Part shown: one piece after another, positions 13,434-25,535 of the stretch
Layout of the letters: each line of letters opens with the position of its first letter
Position numbering within the stretch: the stretch's first letter is position 1
Source of the DNA: Moniliella sp. 'wahieum'
Taxonomy: Eukaryota
NCBI GenBank assembly: GCA_003971905.1
Contig: RSEE01000119.1
Span: forward strand, 62,001-126,000
Length of the DNA stretch: 64,000 nucleotides
Direction of reading: 5' to 3'
Position numbers and translations under genes: made by a program
The notes under the pieces: model-generated
What the model saw: only the letters and a program-made list of their open reading frames with translations
Database searches by the model: none
Told to the model about the DNA's origin: nothing

Positions 13434-15231
13434 TCAAGCGGATGTATCGGCTGCGTCCGCGAGCATTTTCCGCCATCTCCTTTGAGCAACTATCATGTCG
13501 AGATAGACGACGTACTTTGCTTGGAGCAGCTCGGCCTCCCAGGCCTCCACTTGTGCGTGCACCACTTTGCCTGCTCTGGCCATGGTGGTAGCAGTAGCCC
13601 AGAGCTGCTGGGCCCCATTATGTGCAAGCGCCTCAGCTTCCATCTGGGAACACGGAGCTGTACCCACTTGGGCCGCGTGCCGTGCCAAGATGGCCGATCC
13701 AAGGGGAACAGCAGCCTCGGTGTTGGTGGGCAGAGCAATGGGAAGACCAAGGTTCTTGCCCAAAAGATTAACAAAAGATCGCTCTCGGCCATGCCCCCAC
13801 TGAGCACAATCATCTTGATCTCATGCCCAGCCTTGGTCAAGGTATCGAACACGTGGCGGATCTGCAGGGCCAGACTCTCGAGAGCAGCCAAGTACCACAG
13901 GCACAGATCATCCACTGTCCCATCCAGCCGAAGCCCCACCATCATCCCTCGCATCTGATCGTCTCCCAGCGGTGCCCTGTTGCCGTGGAAGTCAGGATAA
14001 ACAATCCGGTCCCGGTTGAGTTCCGTAATGGCCCTCAATCCACGAGCAGTCACCATCATGCCCAACCGCCTGGTGATTTCGACATGGACATCACCTGTCC
14101 CGGTAAGTTGAGGGTAGGCGGGATGAGTACGAACAAAGTGGTCCACCAACGCCCCTGCAGCCGGCTGCCCCCCCTCAGACATGTACATGTCAGGAAAGAC
14201 AACATTCCATGGTCCCCACAACCCTGGGACCGAGAGCGGCTTGGGGCTTTGGACATCAATGCATGCCGACGTACCAGCAACAAGGGCCAGACGGTGCTGA
14301 CTTGCCTCGAGCTGTGCAGGGGCGCCCGCACCCACAGTCCCTAGCCACCCGGCGTACCCATCGATCAACCCGCTTGCCACAGGGGTTCCTACCTCCAACC
14401 CCAGGTGCGCCGCTGCTTCAGGGCTTAGGCCCTGTCCAACGGGCGTCCCGGGAAAGAGGACAAGCTCTGATCCATCCTCCCCCGGAACCCCCCTAGGGAC
14501 CGGAAGGACGTCTGGACGATCCGCTCCAATCCAATCTCGGTGAAGAACGTCGGGTCTGGCTGGGCACGGCCATTGCACGCTCGATACCCCAAGCCACAGG
14601 CAAGCAGGTTACCATGAGACCGGGCCCTGGAGCCGGTCATACGCCAAGTCAAATAGTCCGGGAGCAGAAAGAAGCGAGCTTGGTCAAATTCGTCAGATGG
14701 CATATGTCGCTGCAACCAGCGTAGACGGGGGAGAATCATCTGCGCCCATGCTTCCTCCTGTCAGCGCCAAGATGGGGTGACCCGTTGCGGAGATGAATTT
14801 CGCATCTTCCTCGGCTCGTAAGTCACGCCACAGCATCACGTTCCTTTCTCCTGATCCCCACTGGCCCTGGATAGGTGAGATAGACTGTGGGTCTCCCTGG
14901 GCGGTGGTCGTCACCAAGGAGCAAGTCGCATCCACCCCGATGCCTCGAATCTGTCCTTTCTCCACCTTGGCCGCCTTACATGCCTCCCGCACCGCATGAC
15001 CAAGCTGCGTCCAGATCTGGGATCCGCTCTGCTCATACACGTGTTCTAGCCCGGGCGGGGCGTCGGTCCACGTTCGGGTCGCACCCACTCCCGTGCCCCG
15101 CAGTTCGCCGCGCTCATCCACTACCACGGCGCGGACAGACGAGGTGCCCCTGCATCGGTTGTGAGCGATTAGTCCAGCAAGCGGAAAGGAGGGGCTCACA
15201 CGTCAATTCCAATGTACATGGGCAAGGCCAT
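13434..15231 (-). CDS. FGGY-family carbohydrate kinase (D-ribulokinase-like)
   Basis: Spliced N-terminus MALPMYIGIDV|GTSSVRA (intron 15150-15199); GIGVDATCSLV; LPDYLTW; LIDGYAG; GTSAC; VPGLWGP; EGGQ; PDFHGNRAP; LSGGM. Several indels. Confidence 0.9.
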
Positions 15232-15727
15232 GGCTTGGACGCGTGCCGTCGACACTTGATCAGCAGGTGGAGAGGAGCGTTGGACGGAGATAGGAGGCTG
15301 GTTGGTACTGATTCAAGCTTTTACTGGCCGTTTTATTTCCCCGGCAATCCCGTGTTCGCTCAGCGCTCACTAACGATTTCCCCTTTGACATTTCAAAATA
15401 GCTATGTGGCCAAAGCGGGAGCCGCAAGTGTCTCACGCCTGCCTGGCCGATGACGGTCATCTCCGCCAACTACTTGACAATCCCGGCGGGAAAAGGCAAA
15501 AAGACGCACTTTCTCGAATGCATCCACTGGCGTCTCCTCCTCACCAAGCTCATTATATAAGGCTCGTCTTCAGGCTTCACACCTAAAACAGATAGAACAT
15601 CAGCTCCAGTTATAGTAGAACACATGGGATCAATGTGTATGTTGGTGAGTAGGGAAAATCGGATCGTCATTGCTGTCCGTGTCATGTTTGATGGGGCAAA
15701 AAGCAATATATAAAAAAACTAGTCCAG

Positions 15728-17751
15728 TTAGGCGGCATTGTTGGCTGCCGACAAGGCAGCCTGGCGCTTCAGGGCAGGAGGGGCATCGCCACGGGGGAGG
15801 AAGATCTCCACGACGTGAGCCTTGTCGGCCTTGTTAAACTCGGGGTCCGTGAGTAGCTTCTCCAGTTCTGTCTTGGTGTGAACAGCATGGTACTTCGTCT
15901 TGGCTGGGACGGGGTCGCTGTCGTGGGAGGGGACGTTGGGCTTGGTCCACGTGGGAGGGGGGGTGAGGAAATCGATCAGCTTCGAGTGGTTCCAGATCGC
16001 AATGTCATTGTAAAACGTCGGGACCGTAGATTTGACGCTCAATCTCGTATCCGTCATTGTTGAGGATAAAGATAAGGGGCGTCAGTCCATGACGAAAGAC
16101 AGTACCCAGTTCTTGAGCAGTGAGCTGAAGAGATCCATCGCCAATGAAGTGCACCGTGCGTCCAGGGCGCGAAGGGTCGTGTTTCTTGAGTTGGCGCATG
16201 CCCAGTGCGGCACCCAATACCGCACCACCCGTGTATCCAATCGAGCCCCACAGAATCTGAGCAATAAGCTTGGAGTGTTTGGGGAAGGTGACGTCGATCA
16301 GCCCAAACTCGGAAGTACCTGTCTCTCCCAAAATGGTGTCACCCTCCTGGAAGAATTGGCCCATGCGGGGCCAGAAGTAACTCTGTGACAAGATGTCATT
16401 CTTTTGGAAACCCTCAGCCCCTCCCAGGCGAGAAATGGTAACCTCGTCGAGTTCAGCAATTTGCTCCTCCTCAGAAGGGATGGCGTTGTGGGTAAATGGA
16501 CGGACAGGAGCCAGGAGCTTTTTGGTTTCGGCCAGGCGCCCAACTCCTTCATCAGCAAGAGCCGCAGTGAGTTTGGGAAGAAGCCACTTCATTTTAATGT
16601 CCTTAAAGATGGCAAAGCCAATCTTGGTGTGGTCCGAATGGAGCTCAATCGTCGCGGCACGGTTAGTGATAAGTGAACGAGCCAGTGTTGTAGTCCGATT
16701 GCAACGCCCCAATCGAGAGAATAAGGTCGGAGGCTTCAACAATCGATTTGATTGCCGGCTTGGTCAGGGCACCCAGGTATACACCACCAAATTGGGGGTT
16801 GTCCTTTTCGTCAACGGTGGTTTTACCCATGGGGGTCGAGAAAACTGGGAGACCCGTTGCCTCCGCAAACTCACGGGTTTCGGGGACCACATTGTGTCGG
16901 GATGCACAAGCATCGACAAGAATAATAGGCTGTTTGGCCGCTTTGATACGCGACAAAATTTCCTGCAAGACACTGGCCTCGACTTCGGTATCATTCTCCG
17001 GCACATTGGTCTTGAGCTGGTATTCTGTCAGGCGCTTGGAGGCAGACAATGGCAGAGGAAGGTCGACCATGTTGGAGGGGAAGGCAATGTAAACTGGGAG
17101 CGAACGAGTGATGCAGAACTCTAGGATCGAGTCAATGGCCCGACAAGCGTCCAATCCAGTGGTGATGTCTTCAGCCTTGGTCCCCTTGGGGATGAGGGGC
17201 AGGCGACCCTCCCGATGCACCTGATACAAGTCAAGCTGGGCCCCCGTGATCTGTCGCGCCATATTAAGGAACGCGTCAAATTTGTGATCGCCTGTGAAGA
17301 GTGCGCGAGAGAGACCGACGGAAGAGTTAATGGGGCGACAGCGTAACGAAGGGGGGGGTTCATCAGCACACGTACCGAGTGTATGGTGGAGTATCAAGCC
17401 TTCGTCTTGCGCGTTGGTGGAGGGGGTGCCAACAACGTGTATGACGGGTAGGCGCTCAGCCATACTCCCACCTAAGGCGTTGCAGGCACTCAGCTCGCCG
17501 ACACCAAACGTGGTGGTAAGCACGGCCGGGCGGGGGTGACCATCGGACAGAACACGAGCCAGGCCATCAGCCGAGTAACCGGCGTTAAGCTCGTTGGAGT
17601 TACCAATCCAGCCCAGGCCGCCCTCGCGCCAGCGAGTGAGCATGGCCAGTGTAAAGTCGCCTGGCAATCCCTGGACAAACTCCACCTCGAGTTGCTTAAA
17701 GCGGTTGACAAGGTAGTCTGTGAGCGTGATGGTGCCTTCAACAGAAGTCAT
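15728..17751 (-). CDS. PDC1: Pyruvate decarboxylase (TPP-dependent 2-oxoacid decarboxylase)
   Basis: GLPGDF, NELNAGYSADG, TTFGVGELSA, HHTLG, TPMGK, ETGTSEFG, QILWGSIGY and TPP-binding GDGSLQLTAQE...LNNDGY. In-frame intron 17292-17375. Confidence 0.92.
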
Positions 17752-19558
17752 GACGAGATCGATCGTGGAGGACAAAGATGGTTGGACCAGGACAGCGGGA
17801 GAAGAGGAGGTAGAGACATTTATACCACAGACGAGCCCTACATTGATATGCCACAGAGAATGCTATAGGATGGATGGCAATGTTAATGGATAAAAACTTG
17901 TTGACGTCACTGGAAGCGGCGGCCAGCCGGCAGGGCCTGTTAGCTACATGTGCGGGCCCATCATGCATCACGCCTGGCCGTTTGACGGCAGCAGTTCAGT
18001 GCCAAGTACTCAAGCACGCCCATGCGCTGTCTCATCCATATCGCCACGGGCCTCCCCCTCGCGTGGCGCGTGTCGTTTCCATCCATGGACAAGATCGCGC
18101 CTGGCGAGGTCTTGCGGGAGCAAAGGAGGGATAACACATGTGTCGATGATGATCAATGATGCATGATGAGGGATTGGCTCTATTTGTACGTTGGTTGCTA
18201 GTACTATGGCAGGCTGCGAGAATACCAGAGAGGAAACGGCAGCAGGTGAGGATGGACGGTGGGCGCAAGGCTAAAAGGACAAAAGAAATATATGAGAAGA
18301 TCAGTGGGGAGCCACACTGAGTGAAGGCCTGTGGCTTCATCGCACCGACGGACCAACCAAAAGCGGAGCGACCGACCGATGCCAAAAGGACGAAAAGCGG
18401 AGCAATCATCAACTCAAAGAGAAAGCGAGACGGTTGAGGTTGGTTAGATGGTAGCAAGGGTTACATCGCTGTGGCAGTGAGTGTGACAGTAGAGGCTAGC
18501 GGAAAGGGAGGACGAGGGAACGGAAGGGAATGAGAAGTGAATCAAGCCGATGCTATCACAACAGTAGATGCTTCCAAATGGGGCAAAACGTGTGAGGTCA
18601 TGGTCCTGCAAATCCTCAACTGTATTAGTGTAACACTTGTATTTCGTGCGTTTGCATGTGGACATTGTCTGTACCAACAGGACAACTGGAGCTATTGGGC
18701 CAAGCACGCCGACCTGGTTTCCCCCCACGGCAAGGACGCTTCCAGCTCTCCTAATGGCATGCTACCTGAAAACTCTACCAAAAATACACTCAGTTATCGT
18801 CGGAGGCGCAGGATCGTGCTCGGATCGTGTCCTCTGGATCGGGTTAGGGATCTCAGTCCAACCTGCGACCACCTCTAGTCCCGGTTCTTCTGGACATAAA
18901 TCGGCTACATGGTGAGACGATGCCCCTTGCCCCATGCATTCCCACTTGTCTATCAGTCCCCTATGTTGGCGAGGCTCTCTAGGGTTCACGCACGTTAATT
19001 TATTATGCCTCTGTTCTCGCGTACGAGTATCCCGGAACGCCTCCTGGATACGGGCAGTGAGTGGGGCTGTAGGTTTTCCAAAGGATACACATTACTAGAT
19101 GCCAAAGGATTTTTGGTGAAAGAAGGGCAGGCGGGGCGGATGGGCAGAGGTTTTATGTCTTGTGGGAATGTATGGGGATGGAGAGGGTTCTCAATCGGAG
19201 TCTTCTCTGTGGGCTCTCCTTGATTTACTGTTAACACGCAAAGAGACCGGGCATTCTTCAAATATGATGGTTCATGAAGATCTACCAAAGAGCATTGTCC
19301 TCATCTCTAACCAATCCCATGTTGGCATACGCCGGGGTTAATCCTAGCTGATACATCTTCTATCATTGTACCCCCTTCACACGCGAAACTTTTAGCCTCG
19401 CCCTCAGTCTTTGAACAGAGAAAAGGATACATAATAAAACAGTGTGTGGAAACCGCTGTGCACAGAAAGGATGGGCTCAAATACGGCTGCGTGAGCACGG
19501 TGTAAAGACAGAGAAAAGGCACTTTTGTGTTTTGGGGGAGGATCGTCATTCTTTCCGA

Positions 19559-21160
19559 TCAACCTGATCCGACTCTTGCCTTGGAGGCCGACGATGAAGG
19601 TGACTTTCTTCCGCACCCCTTGAGTTTGGGGGTAGACGAGGGGGTAAGGGAGATATGCTTGTGCAGCCCTGCTCCGGGACCCGCTCCTAGTCTCGCCCCC
19701 GGTCCCACTCGCGCTCTCGCTCCTCTTCCCATCCGTGCCGGTGCATGTCCCAATTGATGGGAGGGTGAGGCGGGGCGGGCGAAGCAGGACAAGGGGCAAA
19801 GGCGAGGTAGGAGTATGATGCGTCGGATGTTGGGGGTTGAGCTGATCGGGGCGGTGGGTCAATCCTGGCCCTGTCTGGGCTCGCCCAAAGGGATGGTCCG
19901 AGGGGTATTCTGATGGAAGAAGGGTTGTTTCGGGGTGGAAATACCCGGAGTCGTGGCTCGCCCAGCTGACTCAACTTGCACGGGGGCGGTGCTATTGGGC
20001 AAGGGAGTACGATGAGGATGTGGACGTGAACCCCTGACGGATGAATGAAACTGAGCCGACAACGGGACACTGCCCCTTCTTCGAGCAGGAACAGCTGTTC
20101 CTCTGAGCTTCCGAGGTGACGAAATAGCGTCCCTTGCCCGAAGTGACACATTGCTGGGGCCAGCAGCTGTGTCATCCCGCCTCCGCTTGATACACCAGAT
20201 GGGCTTTCTGACCGAACCCTCTCCCTTGTTGGCGTCGTAAGTGCCGGGTGGACGCTCGAGATCGCATGGGGGCAATAGGATGGGGGCATCGTCTCCCTGT
20301 GGCTAGGTTCGGGAGTTTCTACCGAGATAGGGAAGGCGGCTCTGAAAGGAGGAGAGTAGATGGCTTGCAGTGACAGAGGCTTTGCCCGATGCGCTCAAAT
20401 AGATGGAACTTGAGTCGAAACATTCCCTCAGCGCAGATGGTCAAGGCGGGAAAGACAAAGATACCAAAGGGTGGGGGGAAGAAGAATCTTCCAGCTGGTA
20501 TAGTGAAGAGACGGTGGTTCCCGTCATGTATGCCCGACCGGAGCCATCGGGTAGGAGACTAGTTCATCAGTCGAGGAAAAGGAAGTCTCTTCCACGGCGT
20601 GAGGAACCAAGGAGGCAACGAGGAGAAATGAAGGATTGGCGAGGTACCAGGATGGGTCCATCCACCCGGTGCCCAGATCGGTTGTCACCTTTGTTCGACC
20701 AGGACCAGGGGAGGCGAGAGAACGAGCCGAGATGGTACGGGCGGGGCAAGCGGGGGATCAGTGATGTCGGGGCAAACGCTGTGATCGTGAACAATGACCC
20801 GCAGTTGGATTATAGGGGGGGGCTGGATGGAGGCCGTGGGCTGTTGGCCTATGGAGGCACAGGCGAATGAAGGTCAGCACGTTCCTCTATAAGGAGACGA
20901 GGTGGGCAAAAGAAGGCTGCACGCACCGGATGCAGATGGGTAAGATGTATGGCACTGGGGGTGCTGCTGTAGCGTGAGTTCGAATTCTCTGGGAAACGGA
21001 AGGGAGAGACGTGTGAATCAGATCGCGCTCACATAATCGGTCCCAACGGGAGGTCAGAGAGTACAAACAGGTGGTTGCGATCAATACCGGCGTGCAAGTA
21101 GGCAGCGACGCTGTTCATTCCAGCGGCTGGGGATGGAAGAACAGTGGGTGCACCGAACAT
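19559..21160 (-). CDS. Divergent velvet-domain transcription regulator with Ser/Pro-rich C-terminus (3' end uncertain)
   Basis: Splicing out introns 20989-21068 and 20849-20926 gives MFGAPTV...LEFELTLQQHP...IQPPPIIQLRV. Downstream, across about four single-base frame changes, come YLANPSFLLVASL, YMTGTTVSSLYQLED, GIFVFPALTICAEGMFRLKFHLFE and LQAIYSPPFR, matching the velvet-domain blocks in the correct order. Confidence 0.75.
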
Positions 21161-21834
21161 GGCAGATTCCGCCAGAGGTAGCTAGCTACTGAGCACAGAT
21201 CGCCGACCCTCTGGCAAGAAAAATCTGTACCACCCGCCGTATAGTTTTGCCGGCCGTGATCGATTGTCACAGAGACACAGTGCGATGCCGTGTTGAGCCG
21301 AATTGAGGACTGGATAGCAATGTTGCTGCTGTGCAGACGCTTGGCAGAGGCTGGAAGGCGGCAAGGGGGGATGGTGGCGAGGTGTACGGGTTAGTCAAGA
21401 GATTGCTGGGAAGACAACGCGAGTTGCAAGCTGAGCTTGCACTGGAGCAGCGCAAGGCAGCCAGTCAGAAAATCGCCTTCCCGACGCAGCCATATGTTGG
21501 TAGAATTAAATGTTAAGGAAGGCAACTTCGTACTTACTGCAACGGATATACCGTGCGTTGCAACGCAAGGCACTTGAACGCAATGCAATCCAATCCTCTC
21601 CAATCCACAATTCATCAATGCAACACAAATGCAATTCAAACAACCAAGCTGTCCACTTACATGTTCGAACAACCCACGTACTCATCGGACATTTTCAAAG
21701 ACAGGGTGCAACCCAAAAAGGATTAAGCACTAGAGTGCAGCAACCCCCAGTACCCTGTAGTAATGCATAGGGTGCAGTATGCAGTCCCTTGCCTCTTGGC
21801 GCTTCCCCAGTGCCAATACCACTATTTCACTAGG

Positions 21835-22125
21835 GTCACCGGTCACCGGTCATTAACACTGCGGTCGCTGCTCACACGCTCAGGCCCTCACTTGCCGTCC
21901 CACATGTCCCACAGTCATATATGCATGGTACACGGCGCATGATGCATGACGCGCGCATGACGCATGATGTGTGTTGCATGATGCATGATGCATGACTCCT
22001 GATCGATGATCGATGATCGATGTCGATGACCGATCGATGACCGGGGACCAACGACCCGTGACTAATTACTGGTGGTCGATGATGCATGATGCATGATGCA
22101 TGATGCATGATGCATGATGCACATG
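21835..22125. repeat. Compound palindromic heptamer array
   Basis: (GGTCACC)2+ at 21833-21852, (TGATCGA)3 at 22000-22020 and (TGATGCA)6 at 22080-22121. Confidence 0.85.
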
Positions 22126-22789
22126 ATGAGCGTCCTGCGACCTTCTCTGCTTGCGCTTATACACGTTACACACTGGTGCGCTTGAAGCGTTTTGAGCGCT
22201 TAATGTGCTTTTGTGGTTTCCTACCCCATAATGCGTAATTGCCGCCTACGCACTCTAGCGTAAAGTCTGCCCGTCGGATAGCTTTCTTCTGCATGAATGG
22301 TTAGAGCCAGACGCAAAGATCTTTTGTCCTTTTGCCTTCGCTGCTTTTGAGGGTGTTGAGCATGCTGGAGTGCAGAGACGCCCTCCATATTCTTCTCAAA
22401 CCCGACACATACCTTCATCCCTCCCTCCCACATTAACGAGGCGCTTACAACAGCACAGCTGAGCCCCGATGCCGTTACCAATCATTAATCAAGGCAAGGT
22501 ACTGGTAAAAGTTGGGTAACCAACGGTGTCGCTCACACACATTCTGTTAGCTCCACTGCCCAGCTCCTACAAAGCCATGCACGCAGTGACATTCACTCAA
22601 CAGTATTAGTTCATCGACTCACGGTCCAAAAAGTTTTGTGCTATCTTCGCGTGATGAGATCAGGAGTCCTGAAGATCCTCGAGTGTATGCAATCACACCA
22701 GTGGTGGTGATGGTCTAAGCCAAAACCAGCAAAGCCTGCAGAGCAACATGAACGTTGAACCACGAAGCAGCCCGTCGCCGCCACGGGTC

Positions 22790-22990
22790 AGGCCACGGAA
22801 CAAGGAAAACAACAGAAGCGAGAGAAAACGACGAGACTCGTAGGCCTGAGGGGGAATTGAAGGGGCGTTTTCCGAAAACACAACACGAACAACCTGCCCC
22901 CGGCAAAAGGACCACGAGAAAACCGTAGGCCCAAATGTGTTAAGAAGGAATCATCAGTCGACAAGAAAGAGGAGCAAACGAATTGCTGAG
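22790..22990 (+). pseudogene. Possible decayed bHLH-like fragment
   Basis: RNKENNRSERKRRDS* resembles a bHLH basic region; ELKGRFP in an adjacent frame resembles the helix-1 end; in-frame stops are present. Confidence 0.25.
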
Positions 22991-24145
22991 AAGTAGAAAG
23001 GATTTTGGGGATACCAACAGAGGTTTGGTGAGACAATCAGGGAAGAATGAACGACCGCAGGGACTTGGTGAACCACACATATGCGCCGCGATAATGGATG
23101 GAGGGTTCTCGCATCTGTGATACTGCATGTCGATTTCGCCGATGTTACCTCTCTGATAGCGCCTTGTGCCTGCAATGTTGCCCACAAAGAAAGAGCTGGA
23201 TGGGATAAGTAGTGGAGCAGATACCAAGCTCAAAAAGACTATTGCGCACAAAGAGTGCTTCAGTCCATCACCTAAAATCTACAATCCATTATAACTGTCA
23301 CTGAGGAAGACGGGCTGGTATATGGCCGGCGGAGCCTACGCGCCCCCTTCGCGTTCCTAACCCCGTCTCCAGGTTGGTTATGGGGTCAGATTCGATCTGA
23401 CCCGATCTCAACTGAGGTCCGTCCGCTCTACCCAACAATATGGCACACTCCCAGATTCAACTCAGTTCGATCGCGGCTGGCAAGACCGCCAGCGCGGTTA
23501 TCTGTGTTCTACGTATCCGCGAGCGACAGTAATCGCCTCTTTGCGGTAGCCATCAGTTGACAGTAGTTTCCTTTGCGATGATAGTAGCCGCGTACCCGTT
23601 TACCTTACCTTTCTAGGTTGCCCATGCGGAAACCGTTTCTCCTGTTTCTCCCTGTTCCCATTCTTCTTCGATTGCGTTGTTTCCCTTTTAGTCCCCATCG
23701 GTGAGCAATAGTGCGGTTCGTAATTTCCCCCCACGGTCCATTGGCGTCTCCCCCTACTTTCCTCACCAATTGATCAACCCAATACAGGCAACTCCTTCTC
23801 TTAGTATAGCCCCTCAGCTTCTCAACCTCGTCCTTCAGGTAGGAAGGGATAGTTTAGGATGCTGATGGTATTCATTCAGGTTGCATGGAATGGTGTCTGA
23901 TATACCAGAGAAGGAGATGCAAACACGGTAACGACGCGTGATGAGGGAGACACACACAAAGGGGTAAGGGAAGATCTAGAACGGGGTCATACACACAGCC
24001 GGTGGACATATGTGTGTGACCTATCACTCCAGCTCCCGTCTTCATCAGCTCTCCGTCCCTCAGTTATCCCGTTCGCGTATACATTCCCGGCGGACGTCGA
24101 TCCCAGCTCGTTTAGCCGCATGTCATCCCGCTTCTAGCCACACCT

Positions 24146-24841
24146 TCAGTCCCAGTTCAGCGTCACCTGACGCCTGTAGTGTTGTCCTCCGAATACCATT
24201 CCCCTTCCCAGAGCCCGAAGGCTCAGATACGCCACTGTCCCCCAAGCCTGTGCTACGTAGTCTCGCCACAAGGCTTGCAGCCGGTCTGCTACACACGAGA
24301 GGCCTCTCCTTGTCTTAGCCCCGCTCGTACTCACCAACCAGCCCAAACGCGTAACAACGTGATCCTGCCTTATGACCTCCAAAAGATTGTACCCGTTACC
24401 CACCCCGGCCCTTGGCGGTGCCCTGACAATCCCCAGAACTTCCGACCCGAATTTGGTGTCTGCCTTTTGCCTGGCCTCGACTTTCGTATTGTGCAAAGGA
24501 CCAAGGGAAGTTAAAGAGAGATGGGAGGGATGTGGAAACAATACACCAGAAGATGGATGAAGCTTTTGACGCTTGACGGAGCAAAACAGTATATATCTCT
24601 GTGGTTGATTATAATCCCGAAGAGAGAGATTATTTTCTTCTCTGCATATGATGCCCACACCCATCAGTGTGGCGTGCGTACCTGAGCCACCGCTCTTCAG
24701 GGCGCAATTGGGATCGTAATATAGGATTGAGTAGTGCGCCTTGTCTAATTGCCCGCCACCACCGAAAAGCGCAGGCAGAATGCGCTCTCGAAGATCCATC
24801 TTGTTGTATTCTTCGCGACCCCACCCGCGTACGCCACGCAA
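24146..24841 (-). CDS. Candidate orphan ORF (231 codons) in a lower-GC island
   Basis: Long stop-free frame in moderate-GC DNA with no opposite-strand gene to explain it; first ATG gives MDLRERILPALF; no recognised domain. Confidence 0.25.
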   Translation of the reverse strand: MRGVRGWGREEYNKMDLRERILPALFGGGGQLDKAHYSILYYDPNCALKSGGSGTHATLMGVGIICREENNLSLRDYNQPQRYILFCSVKRQKLHPSSGVLFPHPSHLSLTSLGPLHNTKVEARQKADTKFGSEVLGIVRAPPRAGVGNGYNLLEVIRQDHVVTRLGWLVSTSGAKTRRGLSCVADRLQALWRDYVAQAWGTVAYLSLRALGRGMVFGGQHYRRQVTLNWD

Positions 24842-25535
24842 GAAGCGCCATGCTCAGACTGCAATCACATTGTGATGTGTGATGTAACCCTAAACTCCCT
24901 TCAGCAAACATGCCCCATGCCAAGGTCGTTTAGTAGGCACGTTCGCGTCAGTGCGATGACTGGGATGACCAGGTGACCGAAGTTGATCCTGCAACACAGG
25001 CGTGTGTTTACACACATGACGTCAGGGGATCGAGCGGACACCGGCCATGTGCTGCCATGAGTTCCTGCATGCGGGTTGCGCTTTCCGCCAATCGGGAAGC
25101 GGGCAGAAGGCCGCAGCTGTAGCCCCGTGTTCAATCATTTGTAAGCGTTCGGTAGGGTTGCGGGCGCGCCAGCTCGGGGGCTGTCTGCGTGAAAGGGATG
25201 GTGCAAAATTTCACGCATGATGCATGATGCATGCATGAGAAGCCCAATGCGAGCCAGAATTTATGGGCTCAGCAGCGTGGCGCCGTGCTACAGTGGGCAA
25301 GGCGGGATGATGCATGATGCATGATGCATGATGGGTGGGTACTGTGGCATGGCGCCCGTTTCCCCGCATCCGCTGGGAGTGTGGGGATAGTTGCACCTGG
25401 CAGGGCAGCACAGCACAGCACCGCACCGCCCAGGCACACCTCGTCTTTCTGGGCTTTCCTTCTCGAACCTCATAAAGCTGGGGCCTCACTCCTCTGCGCC
25501 TTCTTTCCCTTCACCACCACCGCGCAGTCGTAGTC

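Noticed and set aside
18440..19300. Short ORFs between PDC and the velvet gene
   Set aside because: No recognisable motifs and no consistent frame or splice structure; left unassigned.
20403..20870. 155-aa plus-strand ORF
   Set aside because: It is the antisense shadow of the minus-strand velvet gene.
21835..22125. CRISPR-like array
   Set aside because: The units are 7-8 nt with no unique spacers, and the context is eukaryotic.
23301..23375. Hammerhead or HDV-like ribozyme at CTGAGGA...GGCCGGC
   Set aside because: No GAAA follows the putative stem II, and no P1' complement or nested pseudoknot is present for an HDV-like fold.
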